Below the pieces are notes generated by a model. The model was not told the origin of the DNA. It searched no databases and saw only the letters and a list, made by a program, of their open reading frames with translations. Below are positions 43,896 to 58,800 of a stretch of DNA of 64,000 nucleotides, piece by piece; within the stretch, counting starts at the first letter, position 1; every line of letters starts with the position of its first letter. The DNA comes from Azolla caroliniana. Its lineage: Eukaryota > Plantae > Polypodiophyta. Location: the NCBI GenBank assembly GCA_043228905.1, contig JBHGNT010000021.1, positions 2,480,001-2,544,000 on the forward strand, in the 5' to 3' direction. The translations under genes were made by a program, and so were the position numbers.

Positions 43896-46263
43896 TGACC
43901 ATTCTTGGAATACCACAAGGTCATCATGTGTGGTCCGACGGACGAACGCAAGGCCATCATGGAAGCTCCGCGCGCGCCCTATTTGACAATGTCACGACAA
44001 TCTAGTTCAATAAATAACAAACATGAGACGGACAAATGCAGAGTGGCGGGCATGGAAGAATCTCTTAAATCCCGAATTTTTTTATCGCCAGAACGCAACA
44101 CGAATTAACCAAAATTACTCCTTCGAGATCGTGCAGGCCTAACTATGTTATGTCCCAAGAAATTTGAAGTTAGCTTTTTCTTAAAGACTCCCCTAAGGGC
44201 AGTCCCAAGTGCTTCTTTTTTCTGCACCAATTTATGTAAAGAAACATTGCAGGAAAACCGAAAGCTCAACAAACAATTCACCAGACTTCGCACAGATCAA
44301 ACATTGCAGATTTAGCAGAAAAACTGTCGAGCTAGGTCCCCCCCCCCCACATTGCACCTGCAAGGTTCCGCATTTAACAGAATTACACAAGAAACCTTGC
44401 TTAGATTCCTGTATTAGTAGTATGTCTTCCATCAGCACACAATTAGCCTCAACAATCAGGATTAGAAACCGCAGAATCCACACCGATTAGGGCTTTCCTT
44501 TGGTGATAAACAGCACGTGTATCAGTCCCATACTGTCGCATGCCTGCTCTTTTTCGTTGGCTCACCATACATTCTGATTCCACCACTACTTTTAAACAAC
44601 ATTTTTCCCATCACATCAGGTTGTTGTGATTGGCTCTTACAAAAGCAGAGTGCAACTAAATTCTAGTACTACAAATCTAGTTTTACCACATTCTGGCCAC
44701 ATCCCCATGTTCATATCAGCACATCCCCCATGATTCCTTTTTTACACCCAAAAGTCACAGCCAACCACCGAGTTTCTCACCTGCATGATAGAAGAAATTT
44801 ACTCAGAAAATTCCCTGAAATCTTCATGACATGGTTCCATACCCGTACCGCAGTCTTCCCGGCGGTTCAGCATCCCATTCACATCGGCAAAGCCACACCT
44901 GTGTACACCTTATGAGGGTGTCATCATAGAATGCAACCTACAACTAGGAAAGCATGGAAGAGCCTACATGTTGACTATATCATTGCAGATCAATAGGGAT
45001 GCCATTCCCTTCTTGTTTGCATGGAGTGAGACAGATGGGGATGAAGGTGTCTATATTCATATTGTAATTTGTAAGTGCAATGCTCTCTCAAGATTTTCGT
45101 CAACAACTAAAGAAAAGCTCAATTATCAAGCTATGATCGATAAGGCTTGAGAAATTTTAGTATACATTGATGCACTTAAAGATCCAAGTGTAATCATGAA
45201 AGTCCCAAATTCTATGTTCATCAAATGTGAAACTTGCAATTTCCTTTAGATGTCGATGGCATTAGGGAGAGGTGAAGAAGACGTGGGCAACTTTATGGAC
45301 AATAGATACTAGTAGAACAAGGTGGTAATCAAAAGAACATAGAAGTTCTTGGTGTATGCTTTTCAGCTGAAAGTTAACCGTTTAGAAATGCATAATTAGA
45401 AAGCTACAGGAAATTTACAATGATCTTACAGAAAAAAGAGATTCACAACCTACATTATCATCCCAAAATGTGAAACTAGTTTAGACCACATGTAATGCTA
45501 ATCCAAGGTTCGTAAAGCTTCATGAAACCCCTACCACATAATTATGGCCAGCATGCACAGACACTTTTACAATGCTCTTTATTAGCTCATCATACACTAA
45601 TATGTGCAATGCCAAGTCTCAAATACATGCATGAACTTGTATGTTCGGAGACTACATACAACTCTTCATAGGATCCATAAGGTTGTCCAGTTACTAAGAC
45701 CCTACCTAATACATGTCTCTAAAATGCAAACACGTGCAAGCACGAATGCTTATCCTACATTTAAAAACGACACATTAACACGTGAAGAGTTTGACAAAAC
45801 ATGAACGATGGAAAGAATGAATGAAAATTTTATATTGTTTTGCTCTTAAGTAATCTATACAGTGTTAGATAAAACACGATTTCTGTGTGGATAGGTAGAA
45901 TCAATATGAATCACAATTAAGCATCAGAATTTCAATCTGCATATGCACCCCCCCGCCCCCCCTTTGTCACAATGGATGAAGAGAATAATTTGTATACAAA
46001 AACAGCATTATGTTTTGAGGGCCCTCAAACAATTTTACATCAAAAATTGCTCCCTGGCTTCCAAAAGGAATAGAATACAACTCCACACAGAGATTAGCTA
46101 GCTACTAACATCTGTCATCATCAATGATTCCCTTTTGAGAACCCACCTCATCAGCATATACAACTCTTGAAGAGAGTCATCACAAATCAATCATGATTCA
46201 TATCTTGGATGCATTCCTTGATTCATATGTATATATAACCCAACTTGATAAGGGTCACTTGAC

Positions 46264-49200
46264 TCATGCAACTTTAGACGCACTTGTGGAAGTTCTCTCT
46301 TTCAATTCAGCTACAGGAACATACATCAATACTCCATAATCATCTGGCTTTGCTGTATCTTGCAAGAGTACTTTAAGCCTTTCAATCTTGAATTCTGTCT
46401 CATTTACCATATCCATCGTAGCTAGCCACCACTGCTCTGATGCTTTTTCTTTTGCTTTGGCCTTAGCATCTCTACTCTTCAATTCTTCTTCTTCTTTACC
46501 AATGAGTTTAGATGAACGTCTGCCCCTAGCTCTGGACCTTTGTACCAAGCCTTTCCTCAAAGCTACAGCTCGAACATTCCGGAACCAAACATGCACCTGG
46601 AAGTCCATGAATTTTTGTTATTATGTATCACAACAAACAAAGAAATTCCACAAGGGTGCTCAACCTAATCAAACTCTGATGGAATCTATTCAAGCCCTGA
46701 GATTTTCCAAATACTATCAAGGAGAATGTGAGGTCATTTTGTTCCATTTCAGATTATTTAAGGACATATAACCAAGGTTAGCCATCAGAATACATACATA
46801 TGGATTGTTACATCACTATATAGTGATCAGCCTCCTCCGCATATGGCTCAACCATGTTCATTGAGGATATCAAGATTTGAAATTTTCACAACTAATACTG
46901 GCAAGCATTTTTATAGCTAATCTTTGGGACTGAAACGTCGAGCATTTTGCAGCCTGTATCATACTACAATGTAGAAGTGTTTGTTCCTTATCACCCAGAA
47001 ATTGTATCCAACCCATGAAACTCATCACGATTCCTTCTATGTCTTTCTGATCAATTCTCTCATCATTTTTGGGGTCTGCAATTCTAAAGCATTACAGCCT
47101 ACAGGCATATTAATAAAGAAGAATTAACTTTCAACCGATTTAAAAAGTATATTAAGGTTTTTTAATTGAGTGCTATGAGTGGTCTATAGGTTATAATTCT
47201 AAGCTGGCTTCATATGACTGTTACAGCTGTATTTGAGCAAGCACACTGATAAAGGAAATGTTAACTTGAAGGAGGATTGGATCCTAGAAGGAGAATCACT
47301 CCATGTAGTTAGCATGAAAGGCTAAGATATAGATACAGCAACCAAATGTGCCATTTGGAGAAATACAGAAATAAAGATGTATTAATGTTTATTGAAAGGA
47401 CAAAATGATCTATGAGACCAGATCATTCTTCAAAAAAGTTCAATGTAAACATTAACTCATTTACGGAGAACTTAAACAGGAGATGAGATGCAATCATTCT
47501 CGTTTTAAATTCGTTTAGCTCAGAAGCACAAGAAATCATGCAGGTTTGAGATATTGGACAGTAAACAGAAAGTCAGCTTCATAAATAGCCAGTGTTCCAT
47601 TTAATAGAGCAACTCCACCTCACAATATCCACAATATGAATATGAATACTAAAAAACATGTCAAAGGACACATTCAAGAAACTAAAATTCTTTATCATCC
47701 CAAGCACCCTTTTCTATTGTAATAGAAAACCCCGTATGGAAGAGACACTATAAGGCTCTAATGAAGGATGCCTTTCTCCGCCTATATTGGTTTCAGTTAC
47801 TACTTTAATGTTTGCATAAAGTACAAAGGGCAAGGCTCTAGTGAAGGATGCCTTTCTCCGCCTATATTGCTTTCAGTTACTACTTTAATGTTTACATAAA
47901 GTACAAAGGGCATCTCCTAATACATGCATTTCGTCAAAATAAGGATCAATAACTATTAAAACATTCACATTACAATAATCCTAAAGGTGCATGGAGCATG
48001 TACGTATTTAATCAAACTCTCACTTTTCGAAATGAAAGGCCAAGTTGCTTTGACAAACCCTCCTTGAAAGCTCTCGAGGGAAGTGGGTTCTCCTTGAATA
48101 CTTCCCGAAGCTTCTGAAACCACAAACAACATTTACATGAACCTGATTTCAATATCAATGAGAATAGAAACACAATACCTGCTAAGAAAAATCTACCAAA
48201 AACAGTTTCTCCATTTCTCTCTTCAGAAACACCTACAATTTTCAAGTGCAAGGATCTGTGTGTGACCTGAGAAAAGTATTTTTCCTACAAATTGAAAAAG
48301 TTATCAATTGAATTCACACTACAAAATGTTAGCGAGCAGTTTCGGCTTTGCTCCTGAGAAATAAATCTCCATGATTGAAAAGATTAATCCATTGGGGAGT
48401 GTTTCCTTTCCCATTGACAGTATCACACGCTTATTGACTTCACTCATGATTTTACCCACATTTGGCTATCTTGAGCATATGGATCAATGTGTATTTCATA
48501 AGCATTCATGAAGTTAGCAATGACTGCAACCTACAAATTGTTAGAGAACAGTTTCAATTTTGTTCCCCACAAAATTTCTCCACAAATGAAAATATTAGGG
48601 TTATTTGTACTTGATGAATCTAACAATTAAAACTTATGCTCAACACCCAAGTCCCATATATATCTAAAACATAAACTGTGGTATCTAATGAAATTCTAAG
48701 ATAGATTGCAAGAGGCCCCAGGGCATACACCTTCACAGCTGACATGCTTATTGATTAAATCCTATTAGTTTTCAATCAACAGGAAGCCCCAGCATGTCCA
48801 CATGTTCAATTCAATGATCATGAAGTAAACTAATACTAAATTGAATATCTGATTTCTTATGTCTCATCTTGATTAGACAGAGCTAAATGATAGATGGCAA
48901 CTATATTTTCATGGTTCACAGAGTTTCTACAGATAAGTCATGTTTCCTCTGCTTGCTTGTGACAACAGACACTCAAAGTGGATTCACTAACACATGTATA
49001 AGTGTGTATTCCTATCCCGAGGCTTTTCTGGCATCTCTTATTTGAGATTGACATAAGTTACATTTTCTTTCTTGATAAGTTGACGGCTGTAATACGTCAT
49101 ACTTCACCACACGGAATAAAACAGGATTTATTCTAGCTGCAAAAATAGAACATTACCTTCAAAAAGGGTTGCAATATCTAGACCAAAATAGAAGTCACAT

Positions 49201-52200
49201 ACCTCAACAACATCAGGTGGTAAGCACACACGACCCGATTTGCTCTCATGGCCATTAGACACCCCTCTTGCTTTGACCTCCTTGTTTGACTCATTATAAG
49301 AGGATTGCCCTCTATGCCTTACTTTCCTCGTGCGTTTGCTTGGTCCCCATTCTTCGTCCTCACTAGCTTCCTCTGGAAATGAACTCTTTCCAAACATTTC
49401 CTTGAAATTCACATTAACCGAAGTTTTCCAAAGAATCAGGCAAGTGTCATGTCGACTAAGTATCCATTGAGAATAAACGAAAATTGATGTTCAAATAAGA
49501 TAATATATCAACCAATCATTAGCCTATCAGAATCTTATCTTTTTTTACAAATTAGTTTTTACTATGTCGCAATCAAATAATTACAAAAAAAAAGTATAAG
49601 ATAGTTCTTGTGCTTCAAGAAATTTCACAACAAAAGAAATATTTTTCAGCAAATTAGACATTATCTTTAAATTTTGTTGATTTTGCCGACATTTACTCCT
49701 CACATGGACTGGCTGCATAGGCTCCAGGCATCAGCTCACCTCCACATCTATGTCTTCTGCTGTTTATGTCCAGCTTTCATGTAATTTTACAACTATTATA
49801 GATGAAGTATCTCCATGACGACAGTGAGAGGAGAGAATCCATATAAAAGAAACCATGGCGGGAGTGTGTATTATGATGAAATGTCACAAAGAAACAAAAT
49901 TTTTAAAAACGAGAATATTACCCATCCAGCAGTAGCCATTGAGGCTCTCTCTTTTCTATACTCTTTTGAGCCATTTCTCAAAGCCCATTCATAAGGTTTC
50001 TCACCTTCTCACAGGATGCTCATGGCATTGTACACTTTTCTCTTGGTTTATACAAGACTCTTTCTCTTTTATGCATTATGACTCATTTCTTACTTACATC
50101 GTTATTCTGTCATGGTATCAGAGCTTCAGATCTCTCTACTAGAGTTTACATTAATTCCTATTATTTGAGTTCATCCCTGTAGCCTTTTCACTCCTTTCCA
50201 GGATGTGCATTATTCACTCACCACTCAATCTTGTTTTCCGAGAGTACAAAGCTCTTAAAGAGAACTTTATTGACTCAACACATGGCACCAAGCTCCTCAG
50301 CATTAGTTTCACCATCTATCCAGAAACTTTAAAGTTGAATGGATCCAAATATGAAATATGGAGGTCAAAATTTCAGAAATTTGCATCTATAAAGAGGTGC
50401 AACATGGCTAAAAAAATTGCTGATAAAGCATTGATGCCCTATAGAAGATGAGTTGTTCAAATGCATTTATGTTTTGAGCTGGTGCTGCATACCTTCCAAG
50501 TGCACTATAAGTGACTATCGATGATAATCTAGGAGATTCAGCAGGCACTGGTGCAGTAGGCAGTAAAAATGAATCAGAATGCTCTCATGATAGCATTATT
50601 CAAATATGTTGTGTATAGTCAAAACACTTTCGAAGTATGAAAACGCAACCATGATCAGAGCCCTCAATTGATTAGAAATGATCTCTCAACCCCTACTGAT
50701 CAAGGGACATTCCAACTACCAAGCTTTCTTGCACTGTGGATGATGCTCTTGTTATGTTAAGCCATAATAACACGCATAACAAGCAATCTCATTCTAATTT
50801 TAAAACTAGGAAGGATGCAGAGTGACATTATGTCATAAGAAAGACACTTCTATTCAGAATGTCGGAAGAAGCGAAAGGTGGATGCAGAGGACTGATATAT
50901 CTTTGAGGGAGGTCAATCTGCAGAAGACCTTGTATGGTTTTAAACCACCATCTTGGACTTTATATCAAAAATCAAATTATTATCTCCACAACTCGGAAGC
51001 AGGGTTTGCAGCGTACAATGGCAAATTATTGTTGTATTTGTGGATAATCTCATTTTTACATGGTCATGGAGGATCCAGTATATCACGCATTTTCAATGCA
51101 AACCCACTTTAACATGACCAACCTCAGGCTTCTCTATTCATTTCAGAGTTCAGAAATCCACCGAACATCAGAAGGGGATCTTTTTTTCACAGGAGTATGT
51201 TCCTGAGATTAAGCAACATTTCCAGATGATTGGGTATCGCCCAACCCTCCCATTAAAGAAGCCTGGTGTGATCCTTTCAATGCAAGACACATCTCAAAAG
51301 GTCAACCACGTGAGTTACAGTAGTATCACCAGTTGCCTTGTGGCTTAACTATCCTCATCCTAACATATTCGCCGCCATCAACATGTTAAGATCTTTCTGT
51401 TTTAAGCCTTGTCAAATTCACTGGCACGCTGCAAAGTATGCCTTGCAGTGCATCTCGAGTACATCTTCACATGGGACCTTCTATCACCATGGCACAAGAT
51501 CGGTCTTAGATGGCATGATTCTGATTTTTCAGGGAACCCAGACACCCATCAATCAACTACATGTGTTGTCTTCAGCTTGGGTTTCAGTCCCATATAATGG
51601 AGCAGTATGCAACAAGCATAGTTTCAGTCTCCTGAATTTATTGCTACTCTTCTTCACTGTGATAACCCATCTCTTGGAACCTTTTCTTTCACACCCACAC
51701 CAAATATATTCAAGTATCACACCATTGCATTCATGCGCAAGTCATCACTGGAAATCTGCGACCCGAGTATGATCCACCTACAACAGCGGATATCTTCACC
51801 ATAGGTGAGTTTAGTGGTTCAATTACAAACTATAGCTCATTGGATTACCCCTAGTGCTGAGGGGTTATGGGCATTTAAAGCCCAGAAGTTAGTCGCTATA
51901 ACAGCCAGCTAATTAGTGGCATTAGTTGCTAGCAGGTTAGTTGGTTATGGAGTTACATAGGGACTTAATTACTTGTCCTAATTTGAGGAGTTCTGTGGCC
52001 ACCAGAGTGTACCCATTTATGAAGACCTGTAACCAGCCAACTAGTCTAAGTTGGAACCTGTATAAAGGATGCTTCCCTACTTATTTTATTGTTTAACTTT
52101 CAGCTGTCTAGCCTTGTTTCTCTCAGTTTATTATAAGGCTCATTTTTTTTATGTTGTTTATCTCCTTGCTTCTGCAGTCATGCAACTTTCCAAGACTGCT

Positions 52201-54604
52201 TCATCCAGCATTCTCATCAGAAGGTCTAATGGAGAACCACTACATATGTCATCATCTATTCTAGTACGAAATCAGTGGAAATATTGTTGCGCCTTTAGGA
52301 ATTGAACCTGTCTTTAGAGTGAAGGGATGCATTGATGAGGGAGATGTACACAAAATCAAACAAATGCGTTTAAATTTTATTAAGAGTGCAGCACATATTC
52401 AGTATGATTATGGAGGCATCTGATTAACATGTACCACCAAAAAGTCCACAATATGGAGCAAGGACAATATTAGTTATGCCACAATACAATTTTGCTGGAA
52501 ATGGAAAGGGATAAACATGTATGTACTGACTTACATCATGTAGCTTCTTATAGTCTACTTCTTTCCTCTGTCTCTTTTCATTGATCACCACACCATCTTC
52601 GTCTATCAAAGCACATTCGTCTTCAATGTTCTTCACATCAGGCTCATCAAACTCATTAAAACCATTTTCCATAATTCCTGCCAGTTCCTCTAGAAGTGAG
52701 CCTTTGGAGTATTCCTCATCATTTGATTCAGAATTAGAATCAGAATCCTCCTCCCTTTCAACACTTGGATCAGATGCTGACTCATTCCCAGAACCATCAA
52801 GTCCTATGTTGGCACCCTTATCTCTGTGGCAATTAGCTTCACCTGGGTTATAATCTTCATCTTCTGAATCCTCGGAAGGCAATAGTTCATCTACAGCATC
52901 CTGTTTCCGATCACCACTTGCAAAAGCTGCAGCTTCAGCAAAAATGTTCTGAACAAAATTGAGGAATTAAACATTTTTAATTCAAAATGTATAAGCATAC
53001 TTCAAGTTGAATATTTAATATATGTACCTGCCAATGATCATCCAACGAGTAGGAGGTTCCCAAATAAGCATTAACAACATCTAAGCATTCCATCTTGCAT
53101 TCACATACAGGACAAAGCCAACCTTCATCTTCTGGTGGGACTGTAAAAATGTGTCCTGACATTTACGAATACATCCTTGACACAACAAAGACATAGAATA
53201 TACAACAAGATACACTATGAAAACTCACTATTATCTGTTTCTAAGGGAGGCACAAGGCACATTTGGTGGAATGCCCGATCACAAAACCCATCACACAATA
53301 TGATATCATTATTCTCTCCAGAATCCTGGAATTTACACTTGGCACAAAATATCTGCAGCACAAGCATTGGTAACCATATTCATATATCTTAGGGAAAGTC
53401 ATAAATAAATACAATAGACAAGCATTTCATAAATACATGTGTCATTGAAAATCATGTAATTGAAAGTACACAAATAACTTGCATATATGAATGCAAAGTG
53501 CACAATCATGTCTATATTGCAACGTGTTCAGTACTATTGAAACAGAAAACACACAAATGACATTGGCATTACTAGGCCTTCACGCATGTTATGATATATG
53601 GAAGTTTTGCATGGCTGATTCACTTTTGATAGCCAATGTGCCTATTAGATAAGTTGGTTCGGTTCAGTATTTGGTTTAGTGTCAAGTATCTATGAGCAGC
53701 ACATGATGTGAATAGCATAAATAAACAAGACTTACATCTCCATGATGGATTTGGCCATCTGAATCAAAGACATGTTCTTTCATTGTGCCTTGCAACCCCA
53801 AAGAATCAAGTTGTTGTATTGCATCACGTATTCCAAGTTGAAATTGTAAAATCTGAGCCTTGGCTCTTTGTAACTCCCTCTCTGGCCTTATCTTTTCACG
53901 GCTGCCAACACCATGTAAGATGTGAACATTAGTAAAATGTATGGAAACACCAGTGTAAAATAGATGTTTTGTTTGAAATCAATTAACCTTTGGCCTTTCC
54001 ATCCTTCTGCAGAGTATGCATCAATGTAATTCTGTTCTAAGTTCACACGAGTGAGAAGATATTTCACCCTTCTTTTGATCCTAGCCATGTTATTACAAAT
54101 GTTATCCTCGCAGGTAGACTCAGCTGCATTACTATTTTTCTGTTTGCGCTGACGCTTTCTTGGGGGTCTTTGAGGATCCGTTCTCTTTGGTTCAGATTTG
54201 CAAACCTCAGATTGTCCCTGAGACCCAAGTAATCTTGCCATTTTATGTGCAGAGCTCTTTGATGCTGAGCTTTTCCTTCCATATCTTCCTTGATTAAGGC
54301 TATTCTTTGCAAATTTTGAACTCTCTTGCAAAGTTCTAGACTGATCAGCTCGTTTTCTAACATGCCCTTTTGACGCATCTGAATGGATGATTTTAGATGA
54401 TTTTGTCTTTGACCTTTTCCTTAGAGTTCCTGTATTTGAAAGTATACTAGAGGTATGATTTTTTCCTTCTCTTTGTCCCTTTCTTAACTGATGCTTTGAA
54501 ATTATGGAAGCGATTACTTCAGCTTGAGATTGATCTGAAGCTCTTCCTGAAGCCTCACCGTGTGAAAAGCTCAGTGTCGTCCTTGATTTCCGGCTTTTTT
54601 TCAT
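46264..54604 (-). CDS. PRH: PHD-finger homeodomain protein (pathogenesis-related homeodomain / HAT3.1 family), 8 coding exons, about 684 aa
   Basis: GT-AG exons at 54604-53988, 53901-53736, 53352-53229, 53140-53028, 52948-52535, 49400-49203, 48113-48024 and 46596-46264 are phase-consistent (2055 nt). Motifs: [62 protein letters not shown], and homeodomain [21 protein letters not shown]. The start codon is uncertain. Confidence 0.9.
47752..47911. repeat. 80-bp tandem duplication in an intron
   Basis: AAGGCTCTA.TGAAGGATGCCTTTCTCCGCC...GTACAAAGGGC occurs twice, with few mismatches. Confidence 0.9.
50113..51870 (+). mobile_element. Highly degenerate, deleted Ty1/copia relic inside the PRH intron
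   Basis: PBS-like TGGTATCAGAGC at 50113; peptides [10 protein letters not shown] (gag), [13 protein letters not shown] (RT), [31 protein letters not shown] and ADIFT (RNase H). Boundaries are approximate. Confidence 0.7.
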
Positions 54605-54869
54605 CTCTTTTGACTCATCTGTCTTCTTATTTGAACAATAATTCTATCTGCAATCAATGACGAAGGATTCCTCAAGAAGTGGATTCATCATCAATCCATG
54701 AATGCAAGTATTCTTTTCAACAAGAGTTCACATTTTATCAAATTATTACACCATAGGATTCTTCAAGGAGCTTCTTGAACAAGTTTTCACGGGTCTGTAC
54801 ACGTGAATCACTCTTCAAGGATCTTCATCACCAAACAATGGAAGTGATCCACCAGATGCATCAACATAA

Positions 54870-55890
54870 TGAGTTCTGCATAACCTCTTCTCAGGGATCA
54901 AAGAAAGATCCAATCCATTATACATATGATTCTTCGACAAGATTTATCATTAAGGGATGGATTATTTCAGAATAAAATGAGACTCTGCATATAATGTATA
55001 TAAACTCCTCTTTCACAGATCAAAGAGGAATTATAACTCTTAAAAATGTGAATGATTGCGAAGACCTTCTTGATTGAGCCATGGACGTGTAGAAGCTTCT
55101 TCATTTTCCATGGCTCAATGAAAATTTGTGATCCAGAGCTTCTTTATTGAGCCATGGATTGAAGTCATTATACACCTCTAGATGTGAAATACTCTTCCAA
55201 AGTGTGTGAAATACTCTTCAAAAGTTTCTTCTTCAGGGGGTCATGGATTTGTCAACAGAACCTGAATCGTTTAATAACACATTCTTGTAAGTTCATCAAC
55301 AGATTAAAGGAGAATCCGAACTAATCCTTCTTCCCCAAAAGGGCTTCTCAATCAACAGTGCAGGGATTCTTCAGCAGAAAACGAATATCTGCATAAAATG
55401 CATAGCATATTAAATAAAGATCAGAGGCATTAATATCACTTTGATTCTTCTGAACGCAAAGGTTTCTTCATCGAAAATCTATGGCTTCCTTGACAAAAAA
55501 ATGAGCCCCTACATAGAATGCATAACTCCTCTTTCACAGATCAAAAAAGGAATCACGCCATTATACCTGTACTTGACAATAATTCTTCTACAGAAAACCC
55601 TTCTTCAACAAGCCATTATACGTTAACTTTGCAATGAATCTTCAAAACAAAAGCTTCTTCATCAACGAGCCATGGATTCTCCTCCAATAGAGAATTCGCT
55701 TCTGCATAACTCCTCTTTCACAGATCAAAGAAGGTTTTCAACCCATTTAACCTGCACGTGAGAATGATTCTTCAAAAATGGAAAAATAAGACAGCTTCTT
55801 CATGTCAGCAATCCATGGATTTCTTCAACAGAAGAATGAGTTTCTACATAGAATGCAAAATAAAATTCTCTCTTGACACAGATCAAGGAA
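54870..55890. repeat. Degenerate dispersed/tandem repeat upstream of the PRH coding region
   Basis: GCATAACTCCTCTTTCACAGATCAAA-like and GAGCCATGGATT-like motifs recur at about 54880, 55000, 55520, 55705 and 55865. Confidence 0.6.
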
Positions 55891-58800
55891 GGATTCAAGC
55901 CATTACATGCCATCATTCACATGATATGAATATAGAATATATATGACCGACATCATCAAACTACTGTATATACATTGGATCCAACCTCTTTGCAGCCATG
56001 GATTGGTGTTGGTTGTATGCAATCCTTTCTTATTTCTTCCTCTTTCCTTCCCTTCTTCAAAATTGTGCAAACAAGTGTGAGAGCATTCTTAACAAACAAA
56101 ACCTTTGGCTCTTCCAAACTGCAAAGTTTCTTCCTTTTCCATGGAACTTCCAAGTACCCCACACTTCTCCCCCACCCCCCCCCCCCCCACCTTCCTTGCC
56201 CACGGTGACACCCACGCCATTCCGTGCAAACTATGTATATGTTTGTCAGGCGGGCAATGGTGGGTGGGTTCTTTGCCAATGGTCTGCTCGCAGAACTTTG
56301 AAAACCATGGACATGTTTCTTTACATGTCTATTTGCTTAATCCATTCGGTGTTGATGGGTCGCAACATTGGGCATCTACGCCACCCCATTACTGTGTGAA
56401 ATTGTATTTGTCTGGTGAGCAATGGTGGGGAGATTGATTGCCTATGGTAGCAAACTTCAAAAACATGAGGATGCCACACACACATAATCTTTCGTACTTG
56501 GTTCAGGTTGCTTGAGCCGTTAGGATTGATTAGTCGCAACACGAGGCATTTGTGATGATTCTATCACCCTTTCAATGGGTGCTTGACACTCGTTCATGCA
56601 GTTCGTAGCTTAAACCTCCCCATCATATACAGTGGTGTTTGACGACCTTGAGTATCACGATGATGTGTTTTAAGATGCTGGTGTGATTCATTATCAATGA
56701 TGAATAGACTTGTGTATGTATCTCCACTCGATGGAGTTAGTGTATGTTTGTTATTTGATGTAGTGTGAATAAGTGTTCAACATCACACAAACAATTATAT
56801 TGTAGATATGCTTTGTAATGTGTATCTCTTATGGTCGCACTTACAAGAAGTTACAATGGAGAAGAATAATATTATTCTCTCTCACCTCCCAAAGCCCCCC
56901 AAGCCCCATTTCTTCAGACGACACCACTTCCCATCGGGATAATAGCCATGGAAACGGCTGTTGAGTAAATGCTTAAAGCTCAAAAAAGTCCACTACGTCA
57001 ACTTCTAGAATCTCACGGGAGTAAGCAAAAAATTGTGTTCCAATTGGATGCAAGACATGAAAAAAAGGCTTGGAAGATGGAAGATAAAATGTGGCACACT
57101 TGCTTCATGATGCGTCAATATATTATTTTGTGAACAGGGCCTTCTTAGAATGCTAATATATCATCATGGCATAGGGAAAATGTGGAGACTCATCCTTCGC
57201 GCATTATGTTAGATATGTTGTACTTAGATACAAACTAATATTCTTTGTTGAACGAGTAATTTGCATGCTTCAATACGTGTTACAACCGATCCTATCATCA
57301 ACCATTTGAACCATCACCCCCATGAGACTTAATTCACACTTGCTTCAATGTGAAACAAGACAATGGAGCACATGTGTTGAGACTAATTGATTGTGCACGT
57401 TTTATTGCCTTAAACAAGTTCACGAGTATAATTATCACATTTTGATGCAATGCTCATCCTTTGATCACGTTCAATTAGGATTTCCATGCATATTTGACTC
57501 AACCCAATCCTTTCATAAATTTCTCTCATGGTCACAATGTGCATTCTCAATTGTGACATTCATTAACAAAGTATGTGAAAACGTTATATTCTTTTGTCTC
57601 ATAGCTCATATTCAACCTCCAATGTCGATAAGAGAAAACTCTATTTTGTTGCTTCATCACACTTTCATATGAGCGTTGATGTGTGAACATGTGTTTTTTA
57701 TGTATTTTATAAATAGGAAATTTATGCCTGATTATTCCATCATCAAATGACCATGATTTGATTTTAGCACTAAGATTTTATGCTTTCTCATCCAACACTT
57801 ATGGGAAGTTAATCATAGGAGCCTTGTTTGGCCCATTGGTTGTGAGATCCTATTGTCAAAGGTGTGCTCTTATTAGTTCTATGGTTGAGATACGATTCAA
57901 GTGTTTGTCTTTATTTGACTTATGTTGATGCTTGTTTTGTTTTAAAGTTGAGGATTGGAAAATAATGTAATATGGCAATGACCTAGGGCTACAAATACAC
58001 ACATGCATGGCCATGACCTATAAATACATGTGTGCATGGTCATGACCTATAAATACACGCGTGCATAATGTCCCCCTTAAATGCTTGCTCTATTTTTTCT
58101 TATACATGCATGGACACTTTATTGATATCGTATGTATGAGAAGGGTATTCCTTATATGTACTAATTATCAACACTACAAATCAAACCGGAAATATTACAT
58201 GGTAAAGCATTGTCATTATGTAAGTTGGAGAAATGTCCCCATGAGTATTTCTTATATTTACATTCGGCGAGCTCACCAAACTTGTGACTTGTAATTGTCA
58301 AGTTGTAAGTTAGTTCTTCATAAACCCTCCCATGAATTTAGTTGGAGAGCATGAATTCAACTGAATAATGATTCTACAATAGTTTTTGGTATTTTATATC
58401 ATGAACATTAGTAAACATGTTTGCATTGCCATTACATTTACACACATGTCGACATAAGAGAGGATACTCTCACATGCAAAATGCTCATAAAGTACTGCAT
58501 TCATAAGACAACCACACTAAATTAAGGTTGATTGATTTCCAATTTTGAAAAGTCACAAGCTCTCTCTCATAAGATTCTATTGTAATTGCCCCCACCCAAC
58601 TAAGAGAATCCTTCGCTCAATAAGGGCATTGATATCGATTATTAAAATGTAGTGTGTTGAGCCCTAAAACAATATTAAACCATAAAAATAAATCTCCAAC
58701 ATTTACATGTACATTAAAATTTCCTTTCACACAAATACTTGATCTTTCATTTAATGTGCCCATCTAGAATGCCATGTTTTCCATTCACTCTTTATTTACT

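Noticed and set aside
43900-46200. Short ORFs between the transposon block and the PRH 3' end
   Set aside because: No recognisable motifs or convincing exon structure; I cannot assign them.
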